Shown here in pieces: positions 1 to 9,406 of a DNA stretch of 64,000 nt; position 1 is the first letter of the stretch; each line of letters begins with the position of its first letter. A model generated the notes under the pieces. It was not told the DNA's origin and searched no databases. It saw nothing but the letters and a program-made list of their open reading frames with translations. Source of the DNA: Escherichia coli (lineage in GTDB: Bacteria; Pseudomonadota; Gammaproteobacteria; Enterobacterales; Enterobacteriaceae); NCBI RefSeq assembly GCF_013315695.1, contig NZ_CP054353.1; one strand, 5' to 3'. The position numbers and the translations under genes are program-made.

Positions 1-155
1 CAGGTGCGCAATTGATGACATGGTTCGGCGTGGCTTGCGAGCTGCACCGTGACTGGCGTAATGATATTGAAGGACTGGCGACGTTGTTCTCTAACCACAT
101 TCCTGATTATCGTAATTTGATGACCAGTTATGACACGTTAACGAAGCAGAAATAA
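1..155 (+). CDS. ycaC: 3' end of a gene convergent with dmsC (position of isochorismatase-family ycaC)
   Basis: Frame is open from the window edge (codons from nt 3): ...GAQLMTWFGVACELHRDWRNDIEGLATLFSNHIPDYRNLMTSYDTLTKQK, stop TAA 153-155. Synteny with dmsABC-ycaC in E. coli. Confidence 0.6.
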   Translation, partial: GAQLMTWFGVACELHRDWRNDIEGLATLFSNHIPDYRNLMTSYDTLTKQK

Positions 156-160
156 AAGAG

Positions 161-182
161 AACCGGGGCCGAAACCCCGGTT
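161..182. terminator. Bidirectional hairpin between ycaC and dmsC
   Basis: aaccgggg-ccgaaa-ccccggtt, a perfect 8-bp stem flanked by A and T runs. Confidence 0.6.
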
Positions 183-190
183 GTTACTGA

Positions 191-1054
191 TTAGCTTGCG
201 ACGGCCATCCCCACGGTCATATGCAAACCATAGAATACGCCGCGACCGATTAATTCCCCTGCCAGAAGCAGAATGAATGATACGGAAAGTAGCGGAACCG
301 CAGGCTGATAACCTTTTAGCTGTGGTGCAATCCACAAGCACAGGGCAACGGCCAAAAGCACAATCCGCCAGGACATCAGCGCACCATAGTCCGGCACCAG
401 CGCTGCGGCCTGCTGCACAGAGCTATGAATAGTCGCCAGCTCTGCGCCCTGCATCACTGACATCACGCCACTCACTACCAGTGCCAGAACAGAAATGGCT
501 GGCAGCAGACGCATCGCCCAGCCATCGACGCCAGCCAGACTCAGCAACAGGTAACCCAGTAACGGGCCGCCCATAAACATCGTCAGGAAGAAGCCCGTCG
601 GTGTCCAGATGCTGTACCAGGTGGGTACTGTATCGATGCTGTTATACACACGCACCATCATCCAGACAAAGACTGCGCCAAGAACCATCGTCACCACCAG
701 CCAAAGCGTACGCAATGCCGGTGAAAGCTTTTTCAGCATTGCCAGCAACCAGCCGATGCCACCAACAGCAAAAAAGATCGAACCGCTGGCGATTTCGTTA
801 CTGAGTGCTGAAGCCCCTACCCGATTGAGCGAGTTAAAAGCGCGCATCGGTGAACCAAGATGAAGCATAGAGGCGATAAAGCCAATGCCCATCAGCACCC
901 ATAAACCCAACATGCAGGCAATAACACGCTGCTGGGCTTCTGCTCGCAGGTCGCCTTTGAGCAGCGCCAAAGCCAGAACGATAAAACCCCCCGCTACACA
1001 TTGCCCGAAGACCGTGAAGATCATCAGCGGCCATTCATGCCATCCACTTCCCAT
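191..1054 (-). CDS. dmsC: DMSO reductase membrane anchor subunit
   Basis: ORF 191..1117. The internal start MGSGWHEWPLMIFTVFGQC gives the 287-aa polytopic membrane protein typical of DmsC. It abuts the dmsB stop. Confidence 0.95.
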   Translation of the reverse strand: MGSGWHEWPLMIFTVFGQCVAGGFIVLALALLKGDLRAEAQQRVIACMLGLWVLMGIGFIASMLHLGSPMRAFNSLNRVGASALSNEIASGSIFFAVGGIGWLLAMLKKLSPALRTLWLVVTMVLGAVFVWMMVRVYNSIDTVPTWYSIWTPTGFFLTMFMGGPLLGYLLLSLAGVDGWAMRLLPAISVLALVVSGVMSVMQGAELATIHSSVQQAAALVPDYGALMSWRIVLLAVALCLWIAPQLKGYQPAVPLLSVSFILLLAGELIGRGVFYGLHMTVGMAVAS

Positions 1055-1055
1055 C

Positions 1056-1673
1056 TCACACCTCCTTCGGGTTTGCCAGATAGCCAGTGGTATCCCCGGT
1101 CGGGCGGCTGTTGGCATTGGGTTTGATCACAATATTCGGTTTGGTAAAGTGAGCTCGCGGCAACGGCGCAACGGCCGCCAGATCGCCATGTTTTTTACGC
1201 AGCTCGTCGATAGGGCCGAAATCCAGCGCCCGCAGCGGGCAAGATTCAACACAGATCGGCTTTTTCCCCTCCGCAACACGGTCATAACAACCATCGCATT
1301 TGGTCATATGGCCTTTCGTTTCGTTATATTGCGGTGCGCCATACGGGCAAGCCATATGGCAGTAGCGGCAGCCAATGCACACATCTTCATCGACCACAAC
1401 AAAACCATCTTCACGTTTATGCATCGCACCGCTCGGGCAGACTTTAGTACAAGCCGGATCTTCGCAGTGGTTACATGAAATCGACAGATAGTAGGCAAAC
1501 ACGTTCTGGTGCCAGACACCGTTATCTTCCTGCCAGTCGCCGCCAGCATATTCATAAATGCGGCGGAAACTGACTTCTGGCGTCAAATCTTTGTAGTCTT
1601 TACAGGCCAGCTCGCAGGTTTTGCAACCGGTGCAACGGCTGGAATCAATAAAAAATCCATACTGGGTTGTCAT
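1056..1673 (-). CDS. dmsB: DMSO reductase 4x[4Fe-4S] subunit
   Basis: 205 aa with four Cys clusters (CTGCKTCELAC, CNHCEDPAC, CIGCRYCHMAC, CDGC...C). Confidence 0.97.
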   Translation of the reverse strand: MTTQYGFFIDSSRCTGCKTCELACKDYKDLTPEVSFRRIYEYAGGDWQEDNGVWHQNVFAYYLSISCNHCEDPACTKVCPSGAMHKREDGFVVVDEDVCIGCRYCHMACPYGAPQYNETKGHMTKCDGCYDRVAEGKKPICVESCPLRALDFGPIDELRKKHGDLAAVAPLPRAHFTKPNIVIKPNANSRPTGDTTGYLANPKEV

Positions 1674-1683
1674 CGGTTACTCC

Positions 1684-4128
1684 TTACACCTTTTCAACCT
1701 GAACAAGGTTTGTATGTGACGGATTCCCCTTAGCGAGAGGAGACGGACGTTGAGTGGTCAGTACGTTGATACAACCGCCCTTATCGACACGTTTTGTATC
1801 CGGGTCATACCAGGCACCTTCACCCAGTGCGACCACACCCGGCATCATTCGTGGCGTCACTTTCGCCTCAATATGAACCTCACCACGATCGTTAAAAATC
1901 CTGACTTTATCGCCGTTGTTGATACCGCGTTTTTGCGCATCAAGCGGGTTGATCCACATTTCCTGACGGCAAGCTGCTTTCAGCACATCAACGTTGCCGT
2001 AAGTTGAGTGAACGCGAGATTTATAGTGGAAACCCGTAAGCTGCAGCGGATACTGTTTGTTCAGCGGATCCTGATAACTTTCAAAGCCCGGCGTGTAGAT
2101 CGGCAGTGGATCGATCACATCACCTTCTGGCAATTCCCAGGTCGCGGCAATGTCAGCCAGCGCCTGCGAATAAATCTCAATTTTCCCCGATGGCGTGGTC
2201 AGTGGATTTGCCTGCGGATCTTCACGGAAAGCTTTATAAGCAACGTGATGCCCTTGTGGGTCGCGCTTTTTAAAGATCCCCTGCTTACGGAACTCTTCAA
2301 ACGTTGGCAGTTCAGGAATCGCTTCCCGCGACTGGGCATACAGATGCCGCATCCACTCTTCCTGGGTACGGCCCTCAGTAAACTGTTGCTCAACGCCAAG
2401 ACGTTTTGCCAGTTCGCTGGTCATTTCATAGATGGTCTTACATTCAAAGCGTGGTTTAATCACCTGATCGTTGAAAATCACGTAAGACATATTCCCGCAG
2501 GATGCATCCAGCGCAAAGTCCATCTGTTCGGAAGCGGTGCAGTCAGGCAGCAGGATGTCAGCGTATTTCGCCGATGAGGTCATGTGGCAGTCGATAACCA
2601 CAATCAGCTCGCACTTCTTATCATCCTGAAGGATTTCATGGGTACGGTTGATTTCAGAATGCTGATTAATCAGGCAGTTACCGGCATAGTTCCAGATCAT
2701 TTTGATCGGCACATCCAGCTTATCTTTCCCGCGCACACCATCACGCAGCGCTGTCATTTCCGGGCCACGTTCAATGGCATCGGTCCACATAAACATCGAA
2801 ATGCTGGTCTGGATCGGGTTTTCGAGGGTCGGCATACGGACAAACGGTAAGCTGTATGAACCTTCACGCGCGCCGCTGTTGCCTCCGTTAATACCAACGT
2901 TACCGGTCAGAATCGCCAGCATCGAGATAGCACGGGTTGCGATTTCACCGTTAGCGTGACGCTGCGGGCCCCATCCCTGGCTGATAAACGCCGGTTTGGT
3001 ACTACCGATTTCACGAGCCAATTTGATGATTTTGTCTGCCGGAACACCAGTGATTTGCGAGGCCCATTCCGGCGTTTTAGCCACGCCATCTGGCCCTTCA
3101 CCCAGAATATAAGCTTTATAGTGACCATTTTTCGGCGCACTGGCTGGCAGTGTTTTCTCGTCGTAGCCAACGCAATATTTATCGAGGAATGCCTGATCCA
3201 CCAGGTTTTCGGTGATCATGACATACGCCAGACCGTTAACCAGTGCGGCATCTGTTCCCGGACGAATAGGGATCCACTCATCTTCGCGCCCGGCACCGGT
3301 GTCGGTATAGCGCGGATCGATGATGATCATGCGAGCATTAGATTTCTGGCGCGCCTGTTCAAGATAGTAAGTCACCCCACCGCCACTCATTCGCGTTTCG
3401 CCAGGGTTATTACCAAACAGCACTACCAGTTTACTGTTTTCGATATCCGACGGGCTGTTACCATCTGCCCAGCCGCCGTAGGTATAGTTCAAACCTTCCG
3501 CAATTTGCGCGGAAGAGTAGTCACCGTAATGGTTCAGATAACCGCCGCAGCAGTTCATCAGGCGAGCGACCAGGGTATTTCCCGGCGGCCAGGAGCGGGT
3601 CATGGTGCCGCCCAGCGTACCGGTACCATAGTTCAGATAGATAGACTCGTTGCCGTACTCTTTGATCAGGCGCTGCATATTGGTCGCGATGATGTCGTAG
3701 GCTTCTTCCCAGCTAATGCGCTCGAATTTGCCTTCACCGCGCGCCCCGACTCGTTTCATCGGATATTTCAGGCGGTCCGGATTGTAGACACGGCGACGCA
3801 TGGAACGCCCACGCAGACAGGCGCGCACCTGGTGCAGGCCGTCATAGTTGTCATCGCCGGTATTATCCGTTTCAACATATTTAATTTCACCGTCCACAAC
3901 GTGCATACGTAGCGGGCAGCGGCTACCACAGTTAACTGTACAGGCGCTCCAGATTACCTTTTCGTCTGACTTTGCCGGAAGGGCACTATCAACAGCGTGC
4001 GCAATCCGACTAAAAGGTAATGTTAATGCGCTGCTGGCCATTGCCAGGCCGCCGATCGCTGTCGTTTTTACCAAACCACGGCGACTCACCTCAGCAGCCA
4101 ATACCGCATCAGGGATTTTCGTTTTCAT
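1684..4128 (-). CDS. dmsA: DMSO reductase molybdopterin catalytic subunit with Tat signal
   Basis: 814 aa. N-terminal twin-arginine leader (SRRGLVKTTAIGGLAMASSALTLPFSRIAHA) and a molybdopterin oxidoreductase fold. Confidence 0.97.
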   Translation of the reverse strand: MKTKIPDAVLAAEVSRRGLVKTTAIGGLAMASSALTLPFSRIAHAVDSALPAKSDEKVIWSACTVNCGSRCPLRMHVVDGEIKYVETDNTGDDNYDGLHQVRACLRGRSMRRRVYNPDRLKYPMKRVGARGEGKFERISWEEAYDIIATNMQRLIKEYGNESIYLNYGTGTLGGTMTRSWPPGNTLVARLMNCCGGYLNHYGDYSSAQIAEGLNYTYGGWADGNSPSDIENSKLVVLFGNNPGETRMSGGGVTYYLEQARQKSNARMIIIDPRYTDTGAGREDEWIPIRPGTDAALVNGLAYVMITENLVDQAFLDKYCVGYDEKTLPASAPKNGHYKAYILGEGPDGVAKTPEWASQITGVPADKIIKLAREIGSTKPAFISQGWGPQRHANGEIATRAISMLAILTGNVGINGGNSGAREGSYSLPFVRMPTLENPIQTSISMFMWTDAIERGPEMTALRDGVRGKDKLDVPIKMIWNYAGNCLINQHSEINRTHEILQDDKKCELIVVIDCHMTSSAKYADILLPDCTASEQMDFALDASCGNMSYVIFNDQVIKPRFECKTIYEMTSELAKRLGVEQQFTEGRTQEEWMRHLYAQSREAIPELPTFEEFRKQGIFKKRDPQGHHVAYKAFREDPQANPLTTPSGKIEIYSQALADIAATWELPEGDVIDPLPIYTPGFESYQDPLNKQYPLQLTGFHYKSRVHSTYGNVDVLKAACRQEMWINPLDAQKRGINNGDKVRIFNDRGEVHIEAKVTPRMMPGVVALGEGAWYDPDTKRVDKGGCINVLTTQRPSPLAKGNPSHTNLVQVEKV

Positions 4129-4298
4129 AATGGCTCACTCAAGCTTGCTCACGATTGATTCCAGTAACAAACCGTATTGTGTAATTATTTCTATAGCAGG
4201 TCGCTATATAGGATTGTATATATCGAATAATTTGAAAATCAAAGAGATAGGTAGATTTTCACTCGAAAGTAGTATTACGTGTAAGTGAGGAGTAATTA

Positions 4299-4312
4299 TT
4301 GTTCGGTATCAA
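4299..4312. promoter_or_regulatory. FNR box of the dmsA promoter
   Basis: The minus strand reads TTGATaccgAACAA (TTGAT-N4-ATCAA consensus). It is centred ~177 nt upstream of the dmsA ATG, consistent with the FNR-activated dmsA promoter. Confidence 0.6.
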
Positions 4313-4322
4313 AGGGAGACAA

Positions 4323-4338
4323 AAAAAGCGCCCGCAGG
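4323..4338. repeat. attL core (aaaaagcgcccgcagg)
   Basis: The identical 16-mer is found at 43150-43165. The right copy retains the full serS terminator hairpin. Confidence 0.75.
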
Positions 4339-4427
4339 AGATTTAACACACCTTACTCCCCTTGATGATTTACTTATTTTTCAATGACTAAATCAAAACA
4401 AGGGGAGCAAATTAACGCAAATTACAA

Positions 4428-5435
4428 CTAGTCAATGGACAGTTTATGGACACTATCAGCCAGCGGATTAAAGCTAATCGCATCCTGTAAAAAGTCCGGT
4501 GAAAAATGCGCATACGTCATCGTTTGTTGAATCGTGGCGTGCCCAAGGATTCGCTGTAACGTAACGATATTTCCGCCGTTCATCATGAAATGCGTGGCGA
4601 ACGTGTGACGCATAACGTGAGTCGCCTGACCTTTGGGTAAATCCGGTTTCACCTCCTGAAGGATATCCCGAAAACGGATGTAATCAGCCTGGTACAATAG
4701 CCCGGTTTTTCGGGTTTTTATCAACGAAAGCACCGTATCAGAAACAGGAACCGCGCGGGATTTTCCATTCTTTGTGTTAAAGAACATTACGCGGTTACCA
4801 ACGATATGCTCACCACGTAAGCCAGCTGCTTCCCCCCACCTTGCGCCAGTGGAAAGACACAGAACAGCAACACGACGCGCATCCCCCTCGAGTCGTTCAA
4901 GCAGCCGATCAATCTCATCATCTGAAAGAAAGGCCATTTCTGTATTCCTGACCTTGAGCTTACGTATTCCACGCACCGGGTTTTCGTTATGGAAAACCTC
5001 CGCATCAATCAACGCAGTAAACATTGCAGACAAGGCGCACAAATCACGATTAACACTGGAGGGCATTAATCCGGCCTGTAATTTGTCTGAACGATACCCG
5101 AGCATAAACTTTCGCGTCATCTCACTGGCGCGGGGGTCCCTCATCTCACGGTTTATTTTTTCCAGCCTGACCCTGTAAGTATCCCCGTAAGGCTGATTCC
5201 GGCCATCAAGCACCCACCAGGCATCTATCAGTTCGGATAACCGACGCTGATCAGCTGGCTTGGCCTGCCACGGTTTATCGTGGAAATTCTGCAAAACATA
5301 CCTTTCAAACTCCTGTGCCTTTGACTTCAGGGTAAAAATCTTACGGATCCGCTTTCCTTCCGTCCCTTGCGGTCTTACATCAACCTTATAACGCCCGTCT
5401 TTGAGTTGCTTAATCGACATGATTAGCCCCTCCAA
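4428..5435 (-). CDS. int: Tyrosine integrase, P2/186 Int family
   Basis: 335 aa. The C-terminal catalytic region HVMRHTFATHFMMNGGNIVTLQRILGHATIQQTMTYAH matches the P2/186 Int signature (R..HxxR..Y). Confidence 0.93.
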   Translation of the reverse strand: MEGLIMSIKQLKDGRYKVDVRPQGTEGKRIRKIFTLKSKAQEFERYVLQNFHDKPWQAKPADQRRLSELIDAWWVLDGRNQPYGDTYRVRLEKINREMRDPRASEMTRKFMLGYRSDKLQAGLMPSSVNRDLCALSAMFTALIDAEVFHNENPVRGIRKLKVRNTEMAFLSDDEIDRLLERLEGDARRVAVLCLSTGARWGEAAGLRGEHIVGNRVMFFNTKNGKSRAVPVSDTVLSLIKTRKTGLLYQADYIRFRDILQEVKPDLPKGQATHVMRHTFATHFMMNGGNIVTLQRILGHATIQQTMTYAHFSPDFLQDAISFNPLADSVHKLSID

Positions 5436-5489
5436 CGGATGAATCAGCCGTACACTCTCTACGGGATGAAACCCGCTCGATGTACAGCG

Positions 5490-5831
5490 TTAGCCAGCAT
5501 TGCGACGAGATCGGGGTGATTTTTGGGTAATGCCGATTGAAACCTGATCGCCCTCCGACTGAATGGAGCCATCAAGAGAGAGAGCCGGAGCTATCTGACC
5601 GGCAGCAGGCATTGTCTTATCTTTTATTAGCCACATCATGTATTTTTCAAACCGATCAACTTGGAGAACCATCTCAACAATTTTGGCTCTGGCGCTTTTT
5701 TGCCCTGATTCATAGTTCCTTATGGCAGCTAAAGACAACCCCGTAATATCCGCAAATTCCTTTTGCGTTAGCCCTTCAGCCTTGCGTATTTGACGTAGCT
5801 TTTTTGCATAGTCTATTGACAAGATAACCAT
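5490..5831 (-). CDS. CI-type immunity repressor (XRE-family HTH)
   Basis: 113 aa with HTH LTQKEFADITGLSLAAIRNYESG. Located between int and the divergent early operon. Confidence 0.8.
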   Translation of the reverse strand: MVILSIDYAKKLRQIRKAEGLTQKEFADITGLSLAAIRNYESGQKSARAKIVEMVLQVDRFEKYMMWLIKDKTMPAAGQIAPALSLDGSIQSEGDQVSIGITQKSPRSRRNAG

Positions 5832-5852
5832 TTGAGTATTAACCTCTCGCGA

Positions 5853-5874
5853 AAGATACTCGTGCGAGTATCTT
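5853..5874. promoter_or_regulatory. Candidate immunity operator overlapping the early promoter
   Basis: Palindrome aagatactcg-tg-cgagtatctt with an extra half-site gagtat at 5834-5839. A TATAAA -10-like hexamer follows at 5876-5881. Confidence 0.5.
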
Positions 5875-5935
5875 TTATAAACCTAAACAAACCTTCATGA
5901 GGCGCGACAAGCGCACCAACGCAAGAGGATAGCAA

Positions 5936-6460
5936 ATGCGGAAGTCAATTGCCGATAAAGAGTTATCTGACACACAAGCCCTTCAGGAAAACGACAGCAT
6001 CACCGAATCCGTTGGCGCGGCAAACGACGATGAACACCAAGAGGAAAAGAAAAAACGCACCTACAAAAAAGGGGCAACCTTGCGACTAGATGGCCCGGTA
6101 GCCGGACTTTGCTCACTTGAAAAAGGGGCAGCCTATATCGGGTTGACAAAAGCTGCATTGCGCGTGGCGCTTCAGCGAAATCAGATGCCTGGACACAAGA
6201 CCCGTTCAAACCCTGAAGATGAAAATTCGGATGGCGTGTGGTGGTTTAACGCCAGAGAGTGGGACAAGCTGGCTGACGAACTACCAGAATGCGAGCCGCC
6301 AGAATGGCACAACTGGAAAAGCTACTGGACATACGACCGACAGAAAAGAAAGTTTTCCCCGGCAAACAAAGAAGACTGCCAGACCATCAATGGAAAGCGG
6401 GTTTACACAGGAAGAAAGTCAAAACTGGAGCAACACCAATACAGTGGAGGCAACCAGTGA
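5936..6460 (+). CDS. First early-operon protein; possible Cox/Apl-like DNA-binding regulator with an acidic N-terminal extension
   Basis: 174 aa, SD agagga upstream. HTH-like stretch GAAYIGLTKAALRVALQRNQMPG. The function is inferred only from its position. Confidence 0.5.
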   Translation: MRKSIADKELSDTQALQENDSITESVGAANDDEHQEEKKKRTYKKGATLRLDGPVAGLCSLEKGAAYIGLTKAALRVALQRNQMPGHKTRSNPEDENSDGVWWFNAREWDKLADELPECEPPEWHNWKSYWTYDRQKRKFSPANKEDCQTINGKRVYTGRKSKLEQHQYSGGNQ

Positions 6461-6544
6461 CATCAAAACAAACCGGCAACAGCGAAATCCCAGGAATGAG
6501 ATTTCGCCGCAGATGCTGTGGAAAATGGTTGTTATGCAAGCAGC

Positions 6545-6955
6545 CTACCAGGCTGATGGATGATCATCATCAATATCAAACACATTTCTGTAAAAACGAG
6601 AATGTTGCAAGGGATGAATAAGCGACCCCCAACAATCATAAATATCAGCCAGTTCGAACACATCGTATGAGAGATGTTGAGCAAACGATTCGGCACCTTC
6701 AAAAGACTCAAACACCTCATCATACAAGTGAATGTTTTCAGGATACGAAAGTGACAAGCAAAAACCAGACGTAGATTCCGTAACCAAGAAGACAAGGTGA
6801 TATTTATCATTCACCAGTGACTGAGCACATTTTTTTACAGAGCGAAGAATCACAGGGGAACGCGCGCCAATACGAAAGAGTTCTGCATGAGCACGGGCAT
6901 CAACAAAACTGTGAAACCCCTCACTTCTTGCAAGCTCACGTTCGGCAGCACGCAA
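6545..6955 (-). CDS. Hypothetical protein, reverse-oriented cargo
   Basis: 136-aa ORF with a TTG start and no internal Met, in an AT-rich block, antisense to the early operon. No recognisable motif. Confidence 0.4.
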   Translation of the reverse strand: MRAAERELARSEGFHSFVDARAHAELFRIGARSPVILRSVKKCAQSLVNDKYHLVFLVTESTSGFCLSLSYPENIHLYDEVFESFEGAESFAQHLSYDVFELADIYDCWGSLIHPLQHSRFYRNVFDIDDDHPSAW

Positions 6956-7000
6956 AACCCAAAATCACCGCCCAGATTCGGATGTAAGGATAATTTTCAT

Positions 7001-7264
7001 ATGAATAAAGAGAAATCTCCGGATTATTTTGTGAAACGATTACAGGATGCAACAGAGTCAATGTTGATTGCCCTGAATAATTACTCTTACGAAGAGGCCG
7101 TAACGGTACTTGAGTGGATAAAGGAAAAAATAACGGAAGACAGCATCGTCAAGATGCAGAGTATCAACATCTCCCGTGACAAAACATTTCCACTGCGAAT
7201 ACCGCCAAAACGACGACTGGTTTACTCGATACCAGTCTCAATGCAGTGCAAATTGCCGAAATAG
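7001..7264 (+). CDS. Hypothetical protein (87 aa)
   Basis: ATG preceded by taagga. The long upstream ORF extension 6887.. lacks an SD. Confidence 0.5.
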   Translation: MNKEKSPDYFVKRLQDATESMLIALNNYSYEEAVTVLEWIKEKITEDSIVKMQSINISRDKTFPLRIPPKRRLVYSIPVSMQCKLPK

Positions 7265-7416
7265 TTTATGAGAAAACATAAATACTCCTTTGTGTGGTTG
7301 GTTATCGTTACAACAGTTCGGGCAAGAATTGCAAGGCGTAACGAAATTACCACAAAACCATGCGCCGGGCATGGCTAAAAACCCGGCACAAATTCACAGC
7401 AGCAGTAGGGATTTTT

Positions 7417-7761
7417 ATGAAGAAACCGGGAAATTTTTCACAGCAGAATTTTCGAACAAGTGCCGAACGCCACGTTGCACGCCAGCACTTCCGCAAAAAT
7501 AGTGCGACCACAACCACTGAAATCCATGCCACACCAGACGGTCACCCGGTAAAACAAACCGGCAAGCACACCTGGACGATTGGCGACACTGGCATCGTTA
7601 TTCACAAAAGTTTTCGCAGCCCTGTTACTGGCAGATTTAATTTCACCCTGACTCGCGGGGATGATTACTTCGGACAGGACTTCACATTTTTTGAAGCCTT
7701 AAGAACGGCAGACAGATTAATCAGCGGCCTGCGTTTTCAATATCCGGGAAGCAAGCACTGA
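7417..7761 (+). CDS. Hypothetical early protein (114 aa)
   Basis: Internal ATG (MKKPGNF...) with an aggga SD 7 nt upstream, within ORF 7360..7761. Confidence 0.5.
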   Translation: MKKPGNFSQQNFRTSAERHVARQHFRKNSATTTTEIHATPDGHPVKQTGKHTWTIGDTGIVIHKSFRSPVTGRFNFTLTRGDDYFGQDFTFFEALRTADRLISGLRFQYPGSKH

Positions 7762-7779
7762 TAAATAAAGGATTCAGCC

Positions 7780-8022
7780 ATGATCGAAGCCTACAAAATA
7801 CTTATCAATAACGCGTTGCAACGTTATCACTTTGAACTCGCAAACCGGGGCGTAACTAAGGATGAAAGCCTTCGTAACTCACTGCGCGGCGCAATTATGG
7901 GGCTATACAACTGCGCACTGGGCAGCGATGACCGTGAAGCGCTGGAAGAATTAAAGTCGATTATGACAGAACTGTTTGAAGGTGAAATTGTTGAGCCTTA
8001 CTTCACAGGGGTAGCCGCATGA
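7780..8022 (+). CDS. Hypothetical early protein (80 aa)
   Basis: Clean ORF with SD aaggattcagcc-ATG. Confidence 0.6.
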   Translation: MIEAYKILINNALQRYHFELANRGVTKDESLRNSLRGAIMGLYNCALGSDDREALEELKSIMTELFEGEIVEPYFTGVAA

Positions 8023-8144
8023 GCATATTTCTTTCATGGGTAATTCTGATTATCTCCGTGCTTATGGCAATCGGCATTATGCGAATTATCTACACACTGA
8101 AGGATATCGAATTATTCTTTACCGGCGATAAACGCCGTAAATAA
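8019..8144 (+). CDS. Small single-TM protein (41 aa)
   Basis: ATGA overlap with the preceding stop. MSIFLSWVILIISVLMAIGIMRIIYTLKDIELFFTGDKRRK. Below the ORF-track size cutoff. Confidence 0.4.
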   Translation: MSIFLSWVILIISVLMAIGIMRIIYTLKDIELFFTGDKRRK

Positions 8145-8156
8145 AGCGAAAACCTT

Positions 8157-8252
8157 ATGAAGAATGTAAAAGCAATACTCACCATCGCCACTGTATGGGT
8201 GATATTTCAGGTGAGTGCGCTTATCTGGTTAGCCCTGAAGATCTGGGAATAA
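8157..8252 (+). CDS. Possible 31-aa hydrophobic peptide
   Basis: MKNVKAILTIATVWVIFQVSALIWLALKIWE. No clear SD. Confidence 0.25.
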   Translation: MKNVKAILTIATVWVIFQVSALIWLALKIWE

Positions 8253-8357
8253 CCTGAAGCCGAAAGCAGGCGCGGAATAACACCAGAAAACACACGAGCA
8301 ATTAATTAAGGCATTCATGCCTTCGGGTTCCCTTTGTCTTTTTTCAGGAGTCAACAA

Positions 8358-8588
8358 ATGAGAACAGCCGAATCACCCGGCAGAAAAATAACCGCCAGAC
8401 CAGCTAACCATCATGCACATATCAGCATTGCCGCAAGAAAAGCCGAGCGTGCGCATATCTGCGAATTGCTGCATGACCTGGTTAACACAGCGAGAGAGAA
8501 GCACACCTCCCCGGAGGAAACCTGTTCATCCATTGAACGACTGATTGCAATACTCGCCAACCCAGACGAACTGAAGGGGTGCGCATAA
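8358..8588 (+). CDS. Hypothetical early protein (76 aa)
   Basis: ATG with SD caggag. Its stop overlaps the next start (TAATG). Confidence 0.55.
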   Translation: MRTAESPGRKITARPANHHAHISIAARKAERAHICELLHDLVNTAREKHTSPEETCSSIERLIAILANPDELKGCA

Positions 8589-9169
8589 TGAACCATCTCA
8601 TGATTGACACCGAAACACTGGGTAACGGACCGGACGCAGCCATATTCACGATTGGGGCGGTGTTTTTCGACCCGTTCACCGGAAAGCTGGGCAAGCAGTT
8701 TGAGAAATTCATCGACCCGGTGGATTCAGAACGCAACGGCGGAACCGTCAATGCAGCCACCGCTGTATGGTGGGCCGGACAATCCGTGGAAGCCAGAGCC
8801 TGCCTGCGCAACGCAGATGGAACAGAGCTGGCAGCAGTGACCGAATTTCTGGCGTTCATTTCACGCAATATGCATGACGAAAGCCCGGGCAATTCACTGA
8901 ACATATGGTGTAAGGGCGCATCCTTCGATTTCCCGATCCTGAAATCCGCCATAACACGCACAGCCGGAGAAAAAAGCATCCCCTGGTGCTACTGGAACGA
9001 GCGCTGTATGCGCCCGCTTATCGCCATGGCTGAATCAACTGGATGGAAAATGCCAGGCAGATCAGGCAAAGAGACCATTGCTCACACCGCGCTGGGCGAC
9101 GCCGTTTACCAGGCAAAGGTCGTGTCAGAAATCTGGCAGCGCTTCACAACACCATTCCTGAACATATGA
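8588..9169 (+). CDS. DnaQ/DEDD-like 3'-5' exonuclease
   Basis: MNHLMIDTETLGN... (DxE exo I motif) and a C-terminal HTALGDAVYQA (exo III H-x4-D). Confidence 0.75.
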   Translation: MNHLMIDTETLGNGPDAAIFTIGAVFFDPFTGKLGKQFEKFIDPVDSERNGGTVNAATAVWWAGQSVEARACLRNADGTELAAVTEFLAFISRNMHDESPGNSLNIWCKGASFDFPILKSAITRTAGEKSIPWCYWNERCMRPLIAMAESTGWKMPGRSGKETIAHTALGDAVYQAKVVSEIWQRFTTPFLNI

Positions 9170-9178
9170 GGTGAAGCC

Positions 9179-9406
9179 ATGGTCGCCATCCTGAATGTGT
9201 GTTGCTGCCCCCCCCTGAACGTGGAAAGAAAAGCCCGCGCATCGCTGCGTTTATTCCGCGACGGCGTGCGGAATTTTTCACGCATAAAACCCCACGACTA
9301 CCTGGTAATAAGAATCGGTTTTCGCTGGCGATTGCTGAGCAAAAACAACGGGGCGTCATGGGATTTATTAACGCACGAAACCTATAACAAAGAGGCCGCG
9401 TTATGA
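9179..9406 (+). CDS. Hypothetical protein (75 aa)
   Basis: SD gaggtga 5 nt upstream. It fills the gap exactly and ends in an ATGA overlap with the methylase start. Confidence 0.5.
   Translation: MVAILNVCCCPPLNVERKARASLRLFRDGVRNFSRIKPHDYLVIRIGFRWRLLSKNNGASWDLLTHETYNKEAAL

Noticed and set aside
1750-3912. Several 85-318-aa plus-strand ORFs inside dmsA (for example 2956..3912).
   Set aside because: They are antisense frames of a highly expressed, well-conserved gene and have no signals of their own.
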